Assembly: GCA_046484865.1 (NCBI GenBank)
Contig: JAWOID010000018.1
Span: forward strand, 1-64,000
Direction: 5' to 3'
From: Candidatus Krumholzibacteriia bacterium
GTDB lineage: Bacteria > Krumholzibacteriota > Krumholzibacteriia > LZORAL124-64-63
DNA length: 64,000 nucleotides
Positions 16,903 through 26,615 of the stretch are shown here, in pieces. The notes under the pieces were generated by a model, which saw only the letters and a program-made list of their open reading frames with translations, was not told where the DNA came from and did no database searches. Numbering within the stretch: the stretch's first letter is position 1; every line of letters starts with the position of its first letter. The translations under genes were made by a program, and so were the position numbers.

Positions 16903-17346
16903 GTGCACACCGAGCAGGATCCCTTCGACGACGACGTGACCGGCCTCGGCGCACCGGAAACCGGCGCGCGCTGGCGTGCGAGAACGACCGGTCCCGGCGG
17001 GGAACGCGTCGCCCGCGACCGCTGGCTCGCGGCTCTCTGCTACGCCGGCTTCCTGGTGCTGATTCCCATCTTCTTTTCCGACAAGAGCCGCTTCCTCGCC
17101 CGTCATTGCCGGCAGGGTTTCGCGCTCTTCTTCGCCGAGGTGGTCGCCTGGATCCTGCTCGCGACCATCGAATCCACGATCGGACGCATCCCCATCCTCG
17201 GCTTCCTCATCAGCATCCTGCTGGTGCTCGCCGTCACGGTCGTGTTCCTGGCCATCTCGGTGCTGGGGTTCGTGAAGGCGCTCGCCGGCGAGGACTGGCG
17301 AGTCCCGTTCCTCGACGAGCTGGCCGACCGGGTGCCGATCCAGTAG
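16903..17346 (+). CDS. DUF4870-like small membrane protein
   Basis: LAALCY..FLARHCRQGFALF..IPILG..GFVKALAGEDWRVPFL. Confidence 0.75.
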   Translation: MHTEQDPFDDDVTGLGAPETGARWRARTTGPGGERVARDRWLAALCYAGFLVLIPIFFSDKSRFLARHCRQGFALFFAEVVAWILLATIESTIGRIPILGFLISILLVLAVTVVFLAISVLGFVKALAGEDWRVPFLDELADRVPIQ

Positions 17347-17516
17347 TTTCCGGCGATCGAGGGCCCGGCGATCGAGATCGCGTCCCCGGCGGGCCGTGAT
17401 CCGGTGTCCACCGGCGAGTCGCCGCGGGTGCAAAACGCCACCCCGGCACGGTGGACACATTTTCCCCAGACGCGCAAATGTCGAGATTCCAGCGGACTGG
17501 ACCGCTCACATCCAGT

Positions 17517-17544
17517 ACGGCGCATAATGTATATTATGTTAAAT
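17517..17544 (+). other. dif: dif site (XerC/XerD chromosome dimer resolution)
   Basis: ACGGCGCATAA-TGTATA-TTATGTTAAAT; 25/28 identical to E. coli dif; intergenic between convergent genes. Confidence 0.92.
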
Positions 17545-17625
17545 AAAGACCAGGACCTTCTGGCCGCATATCCACGGCCCGGCGGAAATCTCTTCCGTTA
17601 CGGAACTTAAGACGCCGAGAATCAA

Positions 17626-17955
17626 TCAGCCGAGCAGGCCGTCGATCCTGTCACGGATCCGGTCCTCCGAGACCGCCCCGATCAGCGAGTCGCGAACCTG
17701 ACCGCCGTCGAAGAGAATCAGCGCCGGGATCGAGCGGATGCCGAACCGCACTGCGACCTGCGGACTGGACTGGATGTCGATCTTGGCGACCCGCAAGCGG
17801 CCGGCGTACGCGGCGGCGATCTTCTCGACGGTCGGTGTCAAGGCCTTGCAGGGACCGCACCAGGGTGCCCAGAAGTCGACGAGTACCGGGAGTTCGCTCT
17901 CGAGAACGTGCGTATCGAAGTCGGCATCGGTCAGGTCGAGAATACCGTCGTGCAT
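17626..17955 (-). CDS. trxA: Thioredoxin
   Basis: VDFWAPWCGPCK, FGIRSIP. Confidence 0.96.
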   Translation of the reverse strand: MHDGILDLTDADFDTHVLESELPVLVDFWAPWCGPCKALTPTVEKIAAAYAGRLRVAKIDIQSSPQVAVRFGIRSIPALILFDGGQVRDSLIGAVSEDRIRDRIDGLLG

Positions 17956-18000
17956 CGGGGCTCCTCCTCGTGGTTCTCCTCCGGGGCATCTCGATCGGGA

Positions 18001-18030
18001 CGGATCTGAACCGATCTGGACCGATCTGAA
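18001..18030. repeat. 10-bp tandem repeat x3 (CGGATCTGAA CCGATCTGGA CCGATCTGAA)
   Basis: Read directly in the holA-trxA intergenic region. Confidence 0.7.
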
Positions 18031-18060
18031 AGGATTGCGGCTGCGCCGAACGGGTCGCCG

Positions 18061-19086
18061 TCAGCGGTCCTCGGTACGGCGGCACACCTCCAGGACGAAA
18101 CGCTCGAGCACGATCGCCGGCGACACCGGCGACGACTTGAGCGCCGTCTCGCAGCGCAAGGCCGCCGCGAGCGCGTCGCGCAACCTTTGCCGGCCCATCC
18201 GCGCGATGAGCGGGCGGATCTGCGAGCGGTACACCCACGAATTGATGCCGGTCAGACCGGGAATCGCCCCGGGGTCGGCGCCCTCGGCGGCGAGCGCCTC
18301 GGCTGCGACCGCGCCCCGGAACCGGTGCATGATCAGGGGGGCGGCGCGATGAGGCGTCTCGCCCCACTCCGCCAGGCGGCACCATGCCTTCAAGGCCTCG
18401 GCGCCGCCGTCGGGCACGATGTGGTTGGTCATGGCGTAGATCTGCAGATCCGCCTGGTCCATCACCACGGCGAGGATCTCCTCCGCCGCTGGCAGCCTGC
18501 CGTTCTCTTCCGCCAGCAGGGCGATCTTGTCGATCTCGCCGGAGAGCGCGCGCAGATCGCTGCCGACGAGGTCGATCAGCAGGCTCAGCAGTTCGTCCGG
18601 CAGTTCGACGCCGGCGCGCCGGGCCGTGCGGGCGGCCCAGGCCAGCAACTCGCCGCCCTTGGGCGCCTCGGCCTGGTACAGGCAGCCTGCCTGCTGGCAG
18701 GTCTTCACCCAGCGGCGCCTGCCGTCCACCTTGTCGGCGGTGACGATCAGTACCGTCTGGTCGATGGGCGCCGCGAGGTAGGCCTCGAAGGCGGCGCCCG
18801 AGGCATCGTCGGCGAGGCAGGTCTGGGCCCCGCGCAACCAGATCACCTGGCGTCCACCGAGCATGGGGTAGCTGCGGGCCTGCTGGAGCACGTCCTCCAT
18901 GGTCACCTCGTCGCCGCGGAAGACGTGGTCGTTGAACGTGGCGTTGGGCCCGTCGCCGAGCACGTCGCGGCGCATGCGCTCCACCACCGCGTCGGCCCGG
19001 AAGGTGTCGGGACCCACCAGCACGTAAACGGGTCCGTAGGTGCGGCTGCGCAGGGGGCCGGCGACCAGGTCGTCGAGAGTGTTCAT
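18061..19086 (-). CDS. holA: DNA polymerase III subunit delta
   Basis: PVYVLVGPDTF, FNDHVFRGDE, ARSYPMLGGRQVI, VGSDLRALSGEIDKI; follows lptE. Confidence 0.88.
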   Translation of the reverse strand: MNTLDDLVAGPLRSRTYGPVYVLVGPDTFRADAVVERMRRDVLGDGPNATFNDHVFRGDEVTMEDVLQQARSYPMLGGRQVIWLRGAQTCLADDASGAAFEAYLAAPIDQTVLIVTADKVDGRRRWVKTCQQAGCLYQAEAPKGGELLAWAARTARRAGVELPDELLSLLIDLVGSDLRALSGEIDKIALLAEENGRLPAAEEILAVVMDQADLQIYAMTNHIVPDGGAEALKAWCRLAEWGETPHRAAPLIMHRFRGAVAAEALAAEGADPGAIPGLTGINSWVYRSQIRPLIARMGRQRLRDALAAALRCETALKSSPVSPAIVLERFVLEVCRRTEDR

Positions 19087-19112
19087 TCCGCCGGACTTGC
19101 CGCCGGTGCGCG

Positions 19113-19637
19113 CTACCACTCTTCCACCACCTGGGCCAGCACGTCGTTGACGATCTCCTGCGCTGCCTGTGCCCGCGCCTCGGGTTCGCCGAACTCCGGA
19201 TCCGCGAGCACATAGTTGCCCGCGCCGGTGAAGGTCCTCTCCTCGAAGATGCTCGTGCCGGTCTGCTTGACGAAGAAGGTGAGTCGCAGGGCGATCTGGA
19301 CCTGGTACTCGTCGACGGTCTGCTGCGGATTGGTGAAGGCCTCGCGGACCTGATACCGGGTGACGCTGCCGCGCAGGACGGAATCGGCGCTCGACTCGTC
19401 CACCACCTTCAGGGTGTTGTCCCGCTGGAGGGCGCTGATGACCTCGTCGGTGAGGAGAACCTCGATGTTCGGCTCGGCGGTGCGATTCTCGAAATACGGC
19501 ACGGAGACGCGGCGAATGGACTCGTCCACCCGCCCGCTGGTGCCCGAGTAGATGCCGCAACCGCCGATCGCCGCCACCAGCGCCAGCGCGAAAACGGCGG
19601 CGACGGTCGCGCGGCCGAACCTCACGCGGAACTTCAA
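19113..19637 (-). CDS. lptE: LptE-family LPS assembly lipoprotein
   Basis: Lipobox IGG-C; VSVPYFENRTAEP, ADSVLRGSVTRY; lptE-holA synteny; TTG start. Confidence 0.8.
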   Translation of the reverse strand: MKFRVRFGRATVAAVFALALVAAIGGCGIYSGTSGRVDESIRRVSVPYFENRTAEPNIEVLLTDEVISALQRDNTLKVVDESSADSVLRGSVTRYQVREAFTNPQQTVDEYQVQIALRLTFFVKQTGTSIFEERTFTGAGNYVLADPEFGEPEARAQAAQEIVNDVLAQVVEEW

Positions 19638-19833
19638 TTCAGGACGTCCTTGGCCTTGGTAATCGGTCGTTTACATGCGACAGCGCGGAACGCTTCCGTC
19701 GCGACGAACCCGGGGTCACGCGAGCGCGACCGCTGCTCCGATTATCGTGGGAGCAGCGGTCGCGCGCAAGATCGGGTTCTTGCCGTCCGGTGCGGATAGT
19801 TGCGGCGGTTCGGGGCCGGCACGCGCCCGCCGG

Positions 19834-20628
19834 TCAGTGTGCCCCCTCGCCCTTGAGCACCACCCGCACGGTACCCAGGAGGATCCGCAGGTCCTGGACC
19901 ACGCTGCAGTCCTGGATGTAGCGGCGGTCCAGTTCCACCTTGCGTCGGACGGAATCGGTGTCCTCGTCGTAGCCGTTCAGCACCTGGGCGAGGCCGGTGA
20001 TGCCGGGCTGAACGAGCAACCGTTCGTGGTACTGCGGGATCTCCTGCTCGAGCTGCCGCACGAAATGCAACCGCTCGGGCCGCGGTCCGATCAGGCTCAT
20101 CTGCCCGGCCAGGACGTTTGCGAACTGCGGCACCTCGTCGAGACGCGTCTTCCGCAGGACCTTGCCGACTCTCGTGACCCTGGCGTCGTTCTTCTGCGCC
20201 CAGCGCGGACCGTCCTTCTCCGCATCCGTGCGCATGGTGCGCAGCTTGACGATGCGGATCGGTCGGCCGGGCTGGAGGACCTTGCGCCGCTCCCCCTCGA
20301 CACGCTGCCGGGCGCGCCGCCGGCGATTCATGCCGACGCGGTCCTGCATGAAGAACACCGGGCCGGGAGAATCGATCTTGATCGCGAGGGCGATCAGCGG
20401 CAAGACCATGAGGAAGACCGTGAGCGCGACCACCGCGATCAGGACATCGAGCGCCCGTTTGTACGCCCGGTACGCCGGCCGGTCGGCCCGGACCGCGGTG
20501 CCGGTCCATCCGCGCTCGTACGCGCCCGGTCCGAAGGGCGTCGCCTCTCCGGCGACCGCGCCTCTGCCGCCCGCCCAACCCGGGACGGCGTGGCCGTGGG
20601 CCATCTGCGCAGAGGCTTGGAGATCCAT
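19834..20628 (-). CDS. Sugar transferase (polyprenyl-phosphate glycosylphosphotransferase, Bac_transf)
   Basis: KRALD, DSPGPVFFMQDRVG, KLRTM, DARVTRVG..LRKTRLDEVPQ, MSLIGPRPE, PGITGLAQV; start could be 20676. Confidence 0.92.
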   Translation of the reverse strand: MDLQASAQMAHGHAVPGWAGGRGAVAGEATPFGPGAYERGWTGTAVRADRPAYRAYKRALDVLIAVVALTVFLMVLPLIALAIKIDSPGPVFFMQDRVGMNRRRRARQRVEGERRKVLQPGRPIRIVKLRTMRTDAEKDGPRWAQKNDARVTRVGKVLRKTRLDEVPQFANVLAGQMSLIGPRPERLHFVRQLEQEIPQYHERLLVQPGITGLAQVLNGYDEDTDSVRRKVELDRRYIQDCSVVQDLRILLGTVRVVLKGEGAH

Positions 20629-20981
20629 CGCGCCTTCTTCCCACTGAGAACTGGAATCCATCGGATGAAAAGTCATGGGTGCCCTATCCCTGTCATTGGT
20701 GCTGTTTCCTGCTCAGCCGCGCGCAAGTGCGCGCGTCTACGCATCGTTGCTGCCCTTGCAGGGATCCACGAACCCACGAAGCCCCCCCAGGCCAGAATCA
20801 AGGTATATGATATCTCAAAACACTGGCAATCCGCAACCCGGATCGTGACCTTTTCCTTCAACTTTCCGGAAATGGGGCTTTTGCCCGTCCAAGACCCTTG
20901 ACGGGCCACCGGCTGTCCCCCACGCTTGCCGCTGCCTCGCTGCGCACCTCCGGGCCCCCGAATCGACGGGAGAAGGCGAAC

Positions 20982-21965
20982 GTGCGCCTGCCGAACCGCT
21001 GGATGAGTCGCAGTTTCGCCGTGGTCGGTTTCACGGTGCTGCTCTATGGCGCTGCGGCCGCGATCACCGGCTGGGGCGAGTTCCGCGCCGGCCTGGCAGA
21101 CGTTCCGCTCGCGCTGGCAGCGCCGCTGGTGGGGCTGTCGCTGATGAACTACCTGCTGCGGTTCGGCCGCTGGCAGTTGCTGCTCGGACGGCTGGGCGTG
21201 GTCCTGCCCGCGGCCTGGTCCGCACGGCTGTACTTCTCGACGTTCCTCATGGTGATCACGCCCGGGAAGATCGGGGAGGCGTTCAAGGCGGGAGTCATGC
21301 ACGAGCAGCGCGGCGTGCCGCTCGGCCTGGGTCTGCCGGCGGTCGTCGCCGAGCGCATCTACGACCTGCTCGGGGTGCTGCTCATCGCGGCAGCGGGACT
21401 GCTGCTCTGGCCGGGACCGCTGGGTGGCGTGACCACCGCCCTGGTCGCCGCGGCGTCGGTGCCGATCGGACTGGCCCTGCTCCGCTCCCGGCGCGTCCGC
21501 GAGCAACTCGTGGCGCGGGCGAGTCGCGCGCCCTTCCTGCGTGACCGCCGCCCGGCGCTCGGCGAGGCTCTCGAGGCGCTGTCGCAACTCCTCGCGCCGG
21601 GGCCGGCGCTGGCGGCGCTGATGCTGAGCACGGTGGCGTGGGCGGCCGAGTGCTTCAGCCTGTGGCTGCTCTGCCGCGCACTGGGACTGCCGGTAGGTCC
21701 GGGAGAGGCGTTCTTCATCTATGCCGCAGCGACCCTGGTGGGCTCCCTGTCGTTCCTGCCGGGCGGGCTGGGCGGCACCGAGGCAGTCATCGTGGCCCTG
21801 CTCTCGTCGCTTGGCGTGACGGTCGCGGAGGGGCTGACCGTGGCGCTGGTGGTTCGCCTGGTCACGCTCTGGCTCGCGGTCGTCCTCGGTGCCGCGGTCT
21901 TCCTGGCCTCGCGCGGCCTGTGGACCGACCGCGCCCAGGCCCGCACGTCCGCCCGCCGCTCGTGA
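20982..21965 (+). CDS. Lysylphosphatidylglycerol synthase TM / flippase-like domain protein
   Basis: NYLLRFGRW, ITPGKIGEAFK, VVAERIYD, LPGGLGGTE, RLVTLW. Confidence 0.85.
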   Translation: MRLPNRWMSRSFAVVGFTVLLYGAAAAITGWGEFRAGLADVPLALAAPLVGLSLMNYLLRFGRWQLLLGRLGVVLPAAWSARLYFSTFLMVITPGKIGEAFKAGVMHEQRGVPLGLGLPAVVAERIYDLLGVLLIAAAGLLLWPGPLGGVTTALVAAASVPIGLALLRSRRVREQLVARASRAPFLRDRRPALGEALEALSQLLAPGPALAALMLSTVAWAAECFSLWLLCRALGLPVGPGEAFFIYAAATLVGSLSFLPGGLGGTEAVIVALLSSLGVTVAEGLTVALVVRLVTLWLAVVLGAAVFLASRGLWTDRAQARTSARRS

Positions 21966-22001
21966 ATAATCCGGGCTCGGTCCGAGGGTTCTCGGACAGA
22001 C

Positions 22002-23003
22002 CTAGTCGTCCTGGATCCGATCGTACACGAGATAGATCGTCGCCACCGACGAGAGCACGCCGAGGAAGAGCGGCAGGTTGCGTCGCATCCAGCTTTCGCG
22101 GCGGTGCTCGAGGTGGAGGGCGTCGCCAGGGTAGATGAGCGGGTTGCCGGCCAGGCTGCCCCGCTGGAAGTACCAGTTGAGGTCCACGCGACGCGCCGTG
22201 TACCGATCGCCGCCGTCATGGTGCACCCACCAGATCTTGTCGTAGGCGGCGTTCGCCGTCGGCGCCCCCGCCTGCATCAGGCAGGAGAGCAGCCGCGTGG
22301 GGCCGTCGAGGGGAATGACGGTCGGCGTTCCCACCGCACCCACGATCTCCACTCCGGCGGGCGCAGCGGCGGTGAGCAGGCCGGCATCCCCGATGTTCGG
22401 CACGATCATGGTGTCGCCGGAACGCAGGATCACCTCGGGAACCTCGCCGCCGGTGAGCAGTCCGCTGAGGTTCACGGTGCGCGTCTGGGCGCGCGTCTCC
22501 GTGCGGGTGATGATGCGCACCGAGCCGAGATTGGCCGTCTCGTGCGGCCCGCCCGCGGCACGGACGGCGTCCCACGCGGTCGGCGTGCTCGTGAACGTGT
22601 ATTCGCCCGGGCGTACCACGGCGCCCAGGACATAGACCCGCAGCGAGTTGTATTGCGCCACCTGCAGCGTGACCTTGTTGATGCGCGGGTTGAACACCTG
22701 CAGGCGGCTGCGCACGAGGTCCTCGGCCTCCGTGAGCGTGAGGCCGTCCACCTCCACCTCCCCCACCTGCGGGATGAACACGGTGCCGTCCTGCTGGATG
22801 GCGCGCTGGAGGTCGAGCGACGGATCTTCCAGGACGTTCAACTGCAGGACGTCGCCGGGCCCGAGCCGGTAATTCTCCTGCGGCCGTTCGGTCCTCGCCC
22901 TGTCCTGGGCCTGCGCTGCGGCCGGCGCCACGAACATGGTGATCATCAGCAGGGAGGTGAGGATCCTGCCCGTCAGCTTGTCGCGCAACCAGCTTCGTGT
23001 CAT
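22002..23003 (-). CDS. Polysaccharide biosynthesis/export protein (Wza-like, Poly_export + SLBB)
   Basis: YRLGPGDVLQLNV, DGTVFIPQVGEV, VYVLGAVVRPGEY, LRSGDTMIVP. Confidence 0.9.
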   Translation of the reverse strand: MTRSWLRDKLTGRILTSLLMITMFVAPAAAQAQDRARTERPQENYRLGPGDVLQLNVLEDPSLDLQRAIQQDGTVFIPQVGEVEVDGLTLTEAEDLVRSRLQVFNPRINKVTLQVAQYNSLRVYVLGAVVRPGEYTFTSTPTAWDAVRAAGGPHETANLGSVRIITRTETRAQTRTVNLSGLLTGGEVPEVILRSGDTMIVPNIGDAGLLTAAAPAGVEIVGAVGTPTVIPLDGPTRLLSCLMQAGAPTANAAYDKIWWVHHDGGDRYTARRVDLNWYFQRGSLAGNPLIYPGDALHLEHRRESWMRRNLPLFLGVLSSVATIYLVYDRIQDD

Positions 23004-23048
23004 TCCCAGCTCCTCGTTCCGGCGCGTAGCCGGCCCCGGTCCCGTTCC

Positions 23049-23999
23049 TCAGGCACGCTCGCGGTACCACGCCACCGTGCGGCGCAACCCCTCGTCGAGA
23101 TCGACGCTCGGGCGGTAGTTCATGAGTTCGGCCGCCAGCGTGATGTCGGCCTGCGAGTGGCGCACGTCTCCGGCGCGCGGCGGCCCATGCTCCGGTTTCA
23201 GCTCGGTGCCGAGCAGTTCGCGGATGCGGTCGCAGAGGTCCGCGATCGTGATGCGCTCACCGCAGGCGATGTTGAACGTCTTGCCGCACGCTGCCGCCGG
23301 CGCCTCGGCGGCAGCCAGGTTCGCTTCCACGACGTTGAGGATGTAGGTGAAATCCCGCGATTGCCCACCGTCGCCGTGGATCAGCGGGGCCTCGCCGGCG
23401 AGGAACCTCGTGATGAAGAGCGGGACCACCGCGGCGTACTGGCTGTGCGGGTCCTGTCGGGCCCCGAACACGTTGAAGTAGCGCAGCCCGATGGTCTCGA
23501 GGCCGTAGAGCCGGTGGAAGACCGCACCGTACAGTTCGCCCACGTGCTTGGTGATGGCGTAGGGCGACTGGGGGCGCGGCGTCATCCCCTCGTCCTTGGG
23601 CAGCACCTCGGTATCGCCGTAGACCGAGCTGCTGGCAGCGTACACCACCCGCCGCACGCCGCTCTGGTGAGCCGCCCAGAAGACGTTGAGCGAACCCGTG
23701 ACGTTGTGTTCGTTGGTGAGCAGCGGGTCGTCGACGCTGCGCGGCACCGACGCCAGCGCCGCCTGGTGGTAGACGGTGTCCACGCCCTCGCAGCAGCGCC
23801 GGACGGTGTCCAGATCGGTGATGCTACCCTCGACGAAGCTGATGCGATCGGCGCAGCCGGCGAGGTTCTCGCGCTTGCCGGTCGAAAGGTTGTCCAGCAC
23901 CACGACGTCCTGACCGCGGTCGGCCAGCTCCTCCGCGAGATGCGAACCGATGAAACCCGCACCGCCGGTGACCAGCGCGCGAGGTCTGCGATTCTTCAT
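23049..23999 (-). CDS. NAD-dependent epimerase/dehydratase (WbpP-like UDP-GlcNAc 4-epimerase)
   Basis: LVTGGAGFIGSH, HQAALASVPRS, SPYAITK, LRYFNVFG. Confidence 0.92.
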   Translation of the reverse strand: MKNRRPRALVTGGAGFIGSHLAEELADRGQDVVVLDNLSTGKRENLAGCADRISFVEGSITDLDTVRRCCEGVDTVYHQAALASVPRSVDDPLLTNEHNVTGSLNVFWAAHQSGVRRVVYAASSSVYGDTEVLPKDEGMTPRPQSPYAITKHVGELYGAVFHRLYGLETIGLRYFNVFGARQDPHSQYAAVVPLFITRFLAGEAPLIHGDGGQSRDFTYILNVVEANLAAAEAPAAACGKTFNIACGERITIADLCDRIRELLGTELKPEHGPPRAGDVRHSQADITLAAELMNYRPSVDLDEGLRRTVAWYRERA

Positions 24000-24042
24000 G
24001 CGTCTTCCTCTCGCCGGCAGCTTCCGGGCCGCCGGCCGTGGA

Positions 24043-25341
24043 CTAGAGTCTCAGGATGTTCTCCGATACCCTTCCCTTGAGGGCGTTGCGCGTGTCCACC
24101 ACCCGGATGCCCGCCTCCAGCAGCAGGTCGTGATCGACCCCGCGATGCGCCGTCACGATCACCGCCGCGTCGAACTCCGCGAGGGTGTCGCGGTCCCAGG
24201 CCCCGCAGCGGGCTACCTGCAGTCCTGCGGGCAGTTCCTGCACGTGCGGATCGTACCAGTGCACGTCGCCGCCTCGCTGCTGCAGCAGGTGGATGATGTC
24301 CAGAGCGGGCGACTCGCGGATGTCGTCGATCCCGGCCTTGTAGGCGATGCCCACCACGAGGATCCGGCTCCCCTTCACCGGCTTGCCGGCGGCGTTCAGG
24401 GCGTCCGACACCAGGCCCGCCACGTGGCGCGGCATGACGCCGTTGATCAGGCCCGCCAGCTCGATGAAGCGCGCCTCGAAGCCGAACTGCTTGGCGCGCC
24501 AGGAGAGGTAGAACGGGTCGATGGGAATGCAGTGGCCGCCGAGCCCCGGGCCGGGGTAGAACGGCATGAAACCGAACGGCTTGGTGGCCGCGCCCTCGAT
24601 CACCTCCCAGACGTCGATGTCCATGGCGCTGCACATGAGCGCGATCTCGTTGACCAGCCCGATGTTCACGCTGCGGAAGGTGTTCTCCAGGAGCTTGACC
24701 GTCTCGGCGACGCGGACCGACGAGACCGCGACCACCGTCTCCATCACCTGCTCGTAGAGGGTGGTGGCCACCCGGGTGCAGGCTGGCGTCACGCCGCCGA
24801 CCACCTTCGGGATGTTCACGGTGTGGTAGACGGGATTCCCGGGGTCCACGCGCTCCGGGGAGAAGGCGAGATAGAAGTCGCGTCCCACCACCATGCCGCC
24901 CTCGGTCAGCCGCGGCAGGATCACCTCCTCCGTCGTACCGGGATACGTGGTGCTCTCGAGGATGACCAGCATGCCGTCGTGAAGCGCCGGGGCGATGGAT
25001 TCCACCGCGGACTGGATGTAGGAGATGTCGGGATCGCGGGTCTTGCTCAGTGGCGTGGGGACGCAGATGTTCACGCTGTCCACGTCGCGCAACCGGCTCA
25101 TGTCGGTCGTCGCCTCGAAGCGCCCCGACTCCACCAGCTGCGCCACGTCCGCGGAAGATACGTCGATGATGTAGCTCTCGCCGCGCTGCAGCGCCGCGAC
25201 CTTCTGCTCCGCGAGTTCGAAGCCCATCACGCGAAAACCGGCCTTGCCGTAGGCCACCGCGAGCGGCAGACCGACGTAGCCGAGTCCGAGGACCCCCAGG
25301 ACGGCCTCGCGCCGCTGGAACTTCTCGAGAACCGCTTCCAT
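24043..25341 (-). CDS. Nucleotide-sugar dehydrogenase (WbpA/WbpO-like UDP-HexNAc 6-dehydrogenase)
   Basis: GLGYVGLP, ICVPTP, ESTTYPGTT, FSPERVDPGN, PGPGLGGHCIP. Confidence 0.93.
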   Translation of the reverse strand: MEAVLEKFQRREAVLGVLGLGYVGLPLAVAYGKAGFRVMGFELAEQKVAALQRGESYIIDVSSADVAQLVESGRFEATTDMSRLRDVDSVNICVPTPLSKTRDPDISYIQSAVESIAPALHDGMLVILESTTYPGTTEEVILPRLTEGGMVVGRDFYLAFSPERVDPGNPVYHTVNIPKVVGGVTPACTRVATTLYEQVMETVVAVSSVRVAETVKLLENTFRSVNIGLVNEIALMCSAMDIDVWEVIEGAATKPFGFMPFYPGPGLGGHCIPIDPFYLSWRAKQFGFEARFIELAGLINGVMPRHVAGLVSDALNAAGKPVKGSRILVVGIAYKAGIDDIRESPALDIIHLLQQRGGDVHWYDPHVQELPAGLQVARCGAWDRDTLAEFDAAVIVTAHRGVDHDLLLEAGIRVVDTRNALKGRVSENILRL

Positions 25342-25520
25342 CCGCTCTCCTTATCCTCGTCGCCCGCTCGTTGCGACCCGCCCCGTCGCCGGAGCGAGCG
25401 GGCACCGAACGGTCGAGCAAGGCACGTACCGTATCGCGCGGCGGCCGTGGCGGCGACTCCGGCCGGGGATGGCCGGCAACCCGCCAGGCGGCGGCACGGT
25501 AGCAATCCTCGCGGGGAGCG

Positions 25521-25883
25521 TCAACTGCGCCGGTCGTCGGCGGCGGGATCGCCCCGCGTTCCGGCTGCCTCGTCCAGGGGGCGGCTGTCCGGCCGCCGGC
25601 GGAGTTCCGACTGCAGGCGGCGCATCTCCTGCCAGGTCTCGCGCAGTTCCCGTCCACGGTTCACCACCCGCCGCACGAGCAGGAGCACGAAGGCGGCCAC
25701 CATGGCGAGGGCGGTCCAGCGCAACCCCCCCGGCAGGTCGCCGCCGTGGCGCTCGAAGATCTCGTTGACGGTGGGTCCGAAGAAGCCGACGGTCACGGTG
25801 AAGGCCACGAGCAGGACCAGGTGCAGGCTCCCGCTCATCAGGTCCTCGCGGCAACGGAGGTACTGCCGCAGCGGGAAGTCCAC
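25521..25883 (-). CDS. Hypothetical membrane protein (2 TM)
   Basis: Two hydrophobic segments then a charged tail; fills the gap in a minus-strand run; start uncertain. Confidence 0.55.
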   Translation of the reverse strand: MDFPLRQYLRCREDLMSGSLHLVLLVAFTVTVGFFGPTVNEIFERHGGDLPGGLRWTALAMVAAFVLLLVRRVVNRGRELRETWQEMRRLQSELRRRPDSRPLDEAAGTRGDPAADDRRS

Positions 25884-25917
25884 CCCGCTGCCGTCCTTGA
25901 ACCGCGACTGGAAGAGT

Positions 25918-26106
25918 TTACTCTTTTTCGGAGATCTCCTCGAAATCAGCATCCGCGATCTCCTGTCGCGTGAGGGGATCCGGGCGATCGTCCTGGCGGG
26001 CGCGTGCGTGCACGCGCGGCTCGCCGCGACGGCCCGTCACCAGGAAGCGACGGACCACCCGGCTCAACCACCAGGCAGCGAGGAGCAGCAGAAGCCACCG
26101 TATCAC
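25918..26106 (-). CDS. Small single-TM hypothetical protein
   Basis: MIRWLLLLLAAWWLSR... ending EIADADFEEISEKE, a common small-protein C-terminal pattern. Confidence 0.65.
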   Translation of the reverse strand: MIRWLLLLLAAWWLSRVVRRFLVTGRRGEPRVHARARQDDRPDPLTRQEIADADFEEISEKE

Positions 26107-26453
26107 GCCGATTTGCGCCTTTCTCGGGACCGCGGTCTCCCGGAGGAACCAGGTCCCGGCCTGGAGGTGCCGGCGCGGTCATGCGCCGGCCCGTGGTGAT
26201 CGGTACGGCCGTGGCGCGAGAGACGCCGACCGTCCGATACTCTACACCCTAGCCCAGAAAAAGCTCCCCGAAACCCGGAATCGCGCCGGGACCCTTCCCG
26301 GCCGCTCCGCGGCCCCGAATCGGGGAGAACCCGGCGCGGTGTCTCCGCCCGCTGCGCTTGTGCTGGAAGAGGCTCGAGAGAGACGCTGGTCGGGGTCCGA
26401 TACGGCAAGTTCGCGGAGGCCGGTCTTGCGTCGACCCGGCGGTCGGATCGTGC

Positions 26454-26530
26454 TGGTACGCCCGGCGGGATTCGAACCCACGACCTCTTGCTCCGGAGGC
26501 AAGCGCTCTATCCAGCTGAGCTACGGGCGC
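26454..26530 (-). tRNA. tRNA-Arg(CCG)
   Basis: 77-nt cloverleaf; anticodon arm CTTGC-CTCCGGA-GCAAG; encoded CCA. Confidence 0.97.
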
Positions 26531-26565
26531 ACCGAGTCGGCGCGGCCCCAGGGGCCGCCGGCACC

Positions 26566-26593
26566 AACTTACAGCCTGGCGCGGTCCTGTCAA
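26566..26593 (-). promoter_or_regulatory. sigma70-type promoter of tRNA-Arg
   Basis: TTGACA-N16-TAAGTT. Confidence 0.6.
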
Positions 26594-26615
26594 GCGGGCG
26601 TCCCGGGGCGGTCGA

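Noticed and set aside
26454..26530. tRNA genes as integration sites for an island or prophage
   Set aside because: No integrase or duplicated tRNA 3' end seen beside any of the five tRNAs, and no compositional shift.
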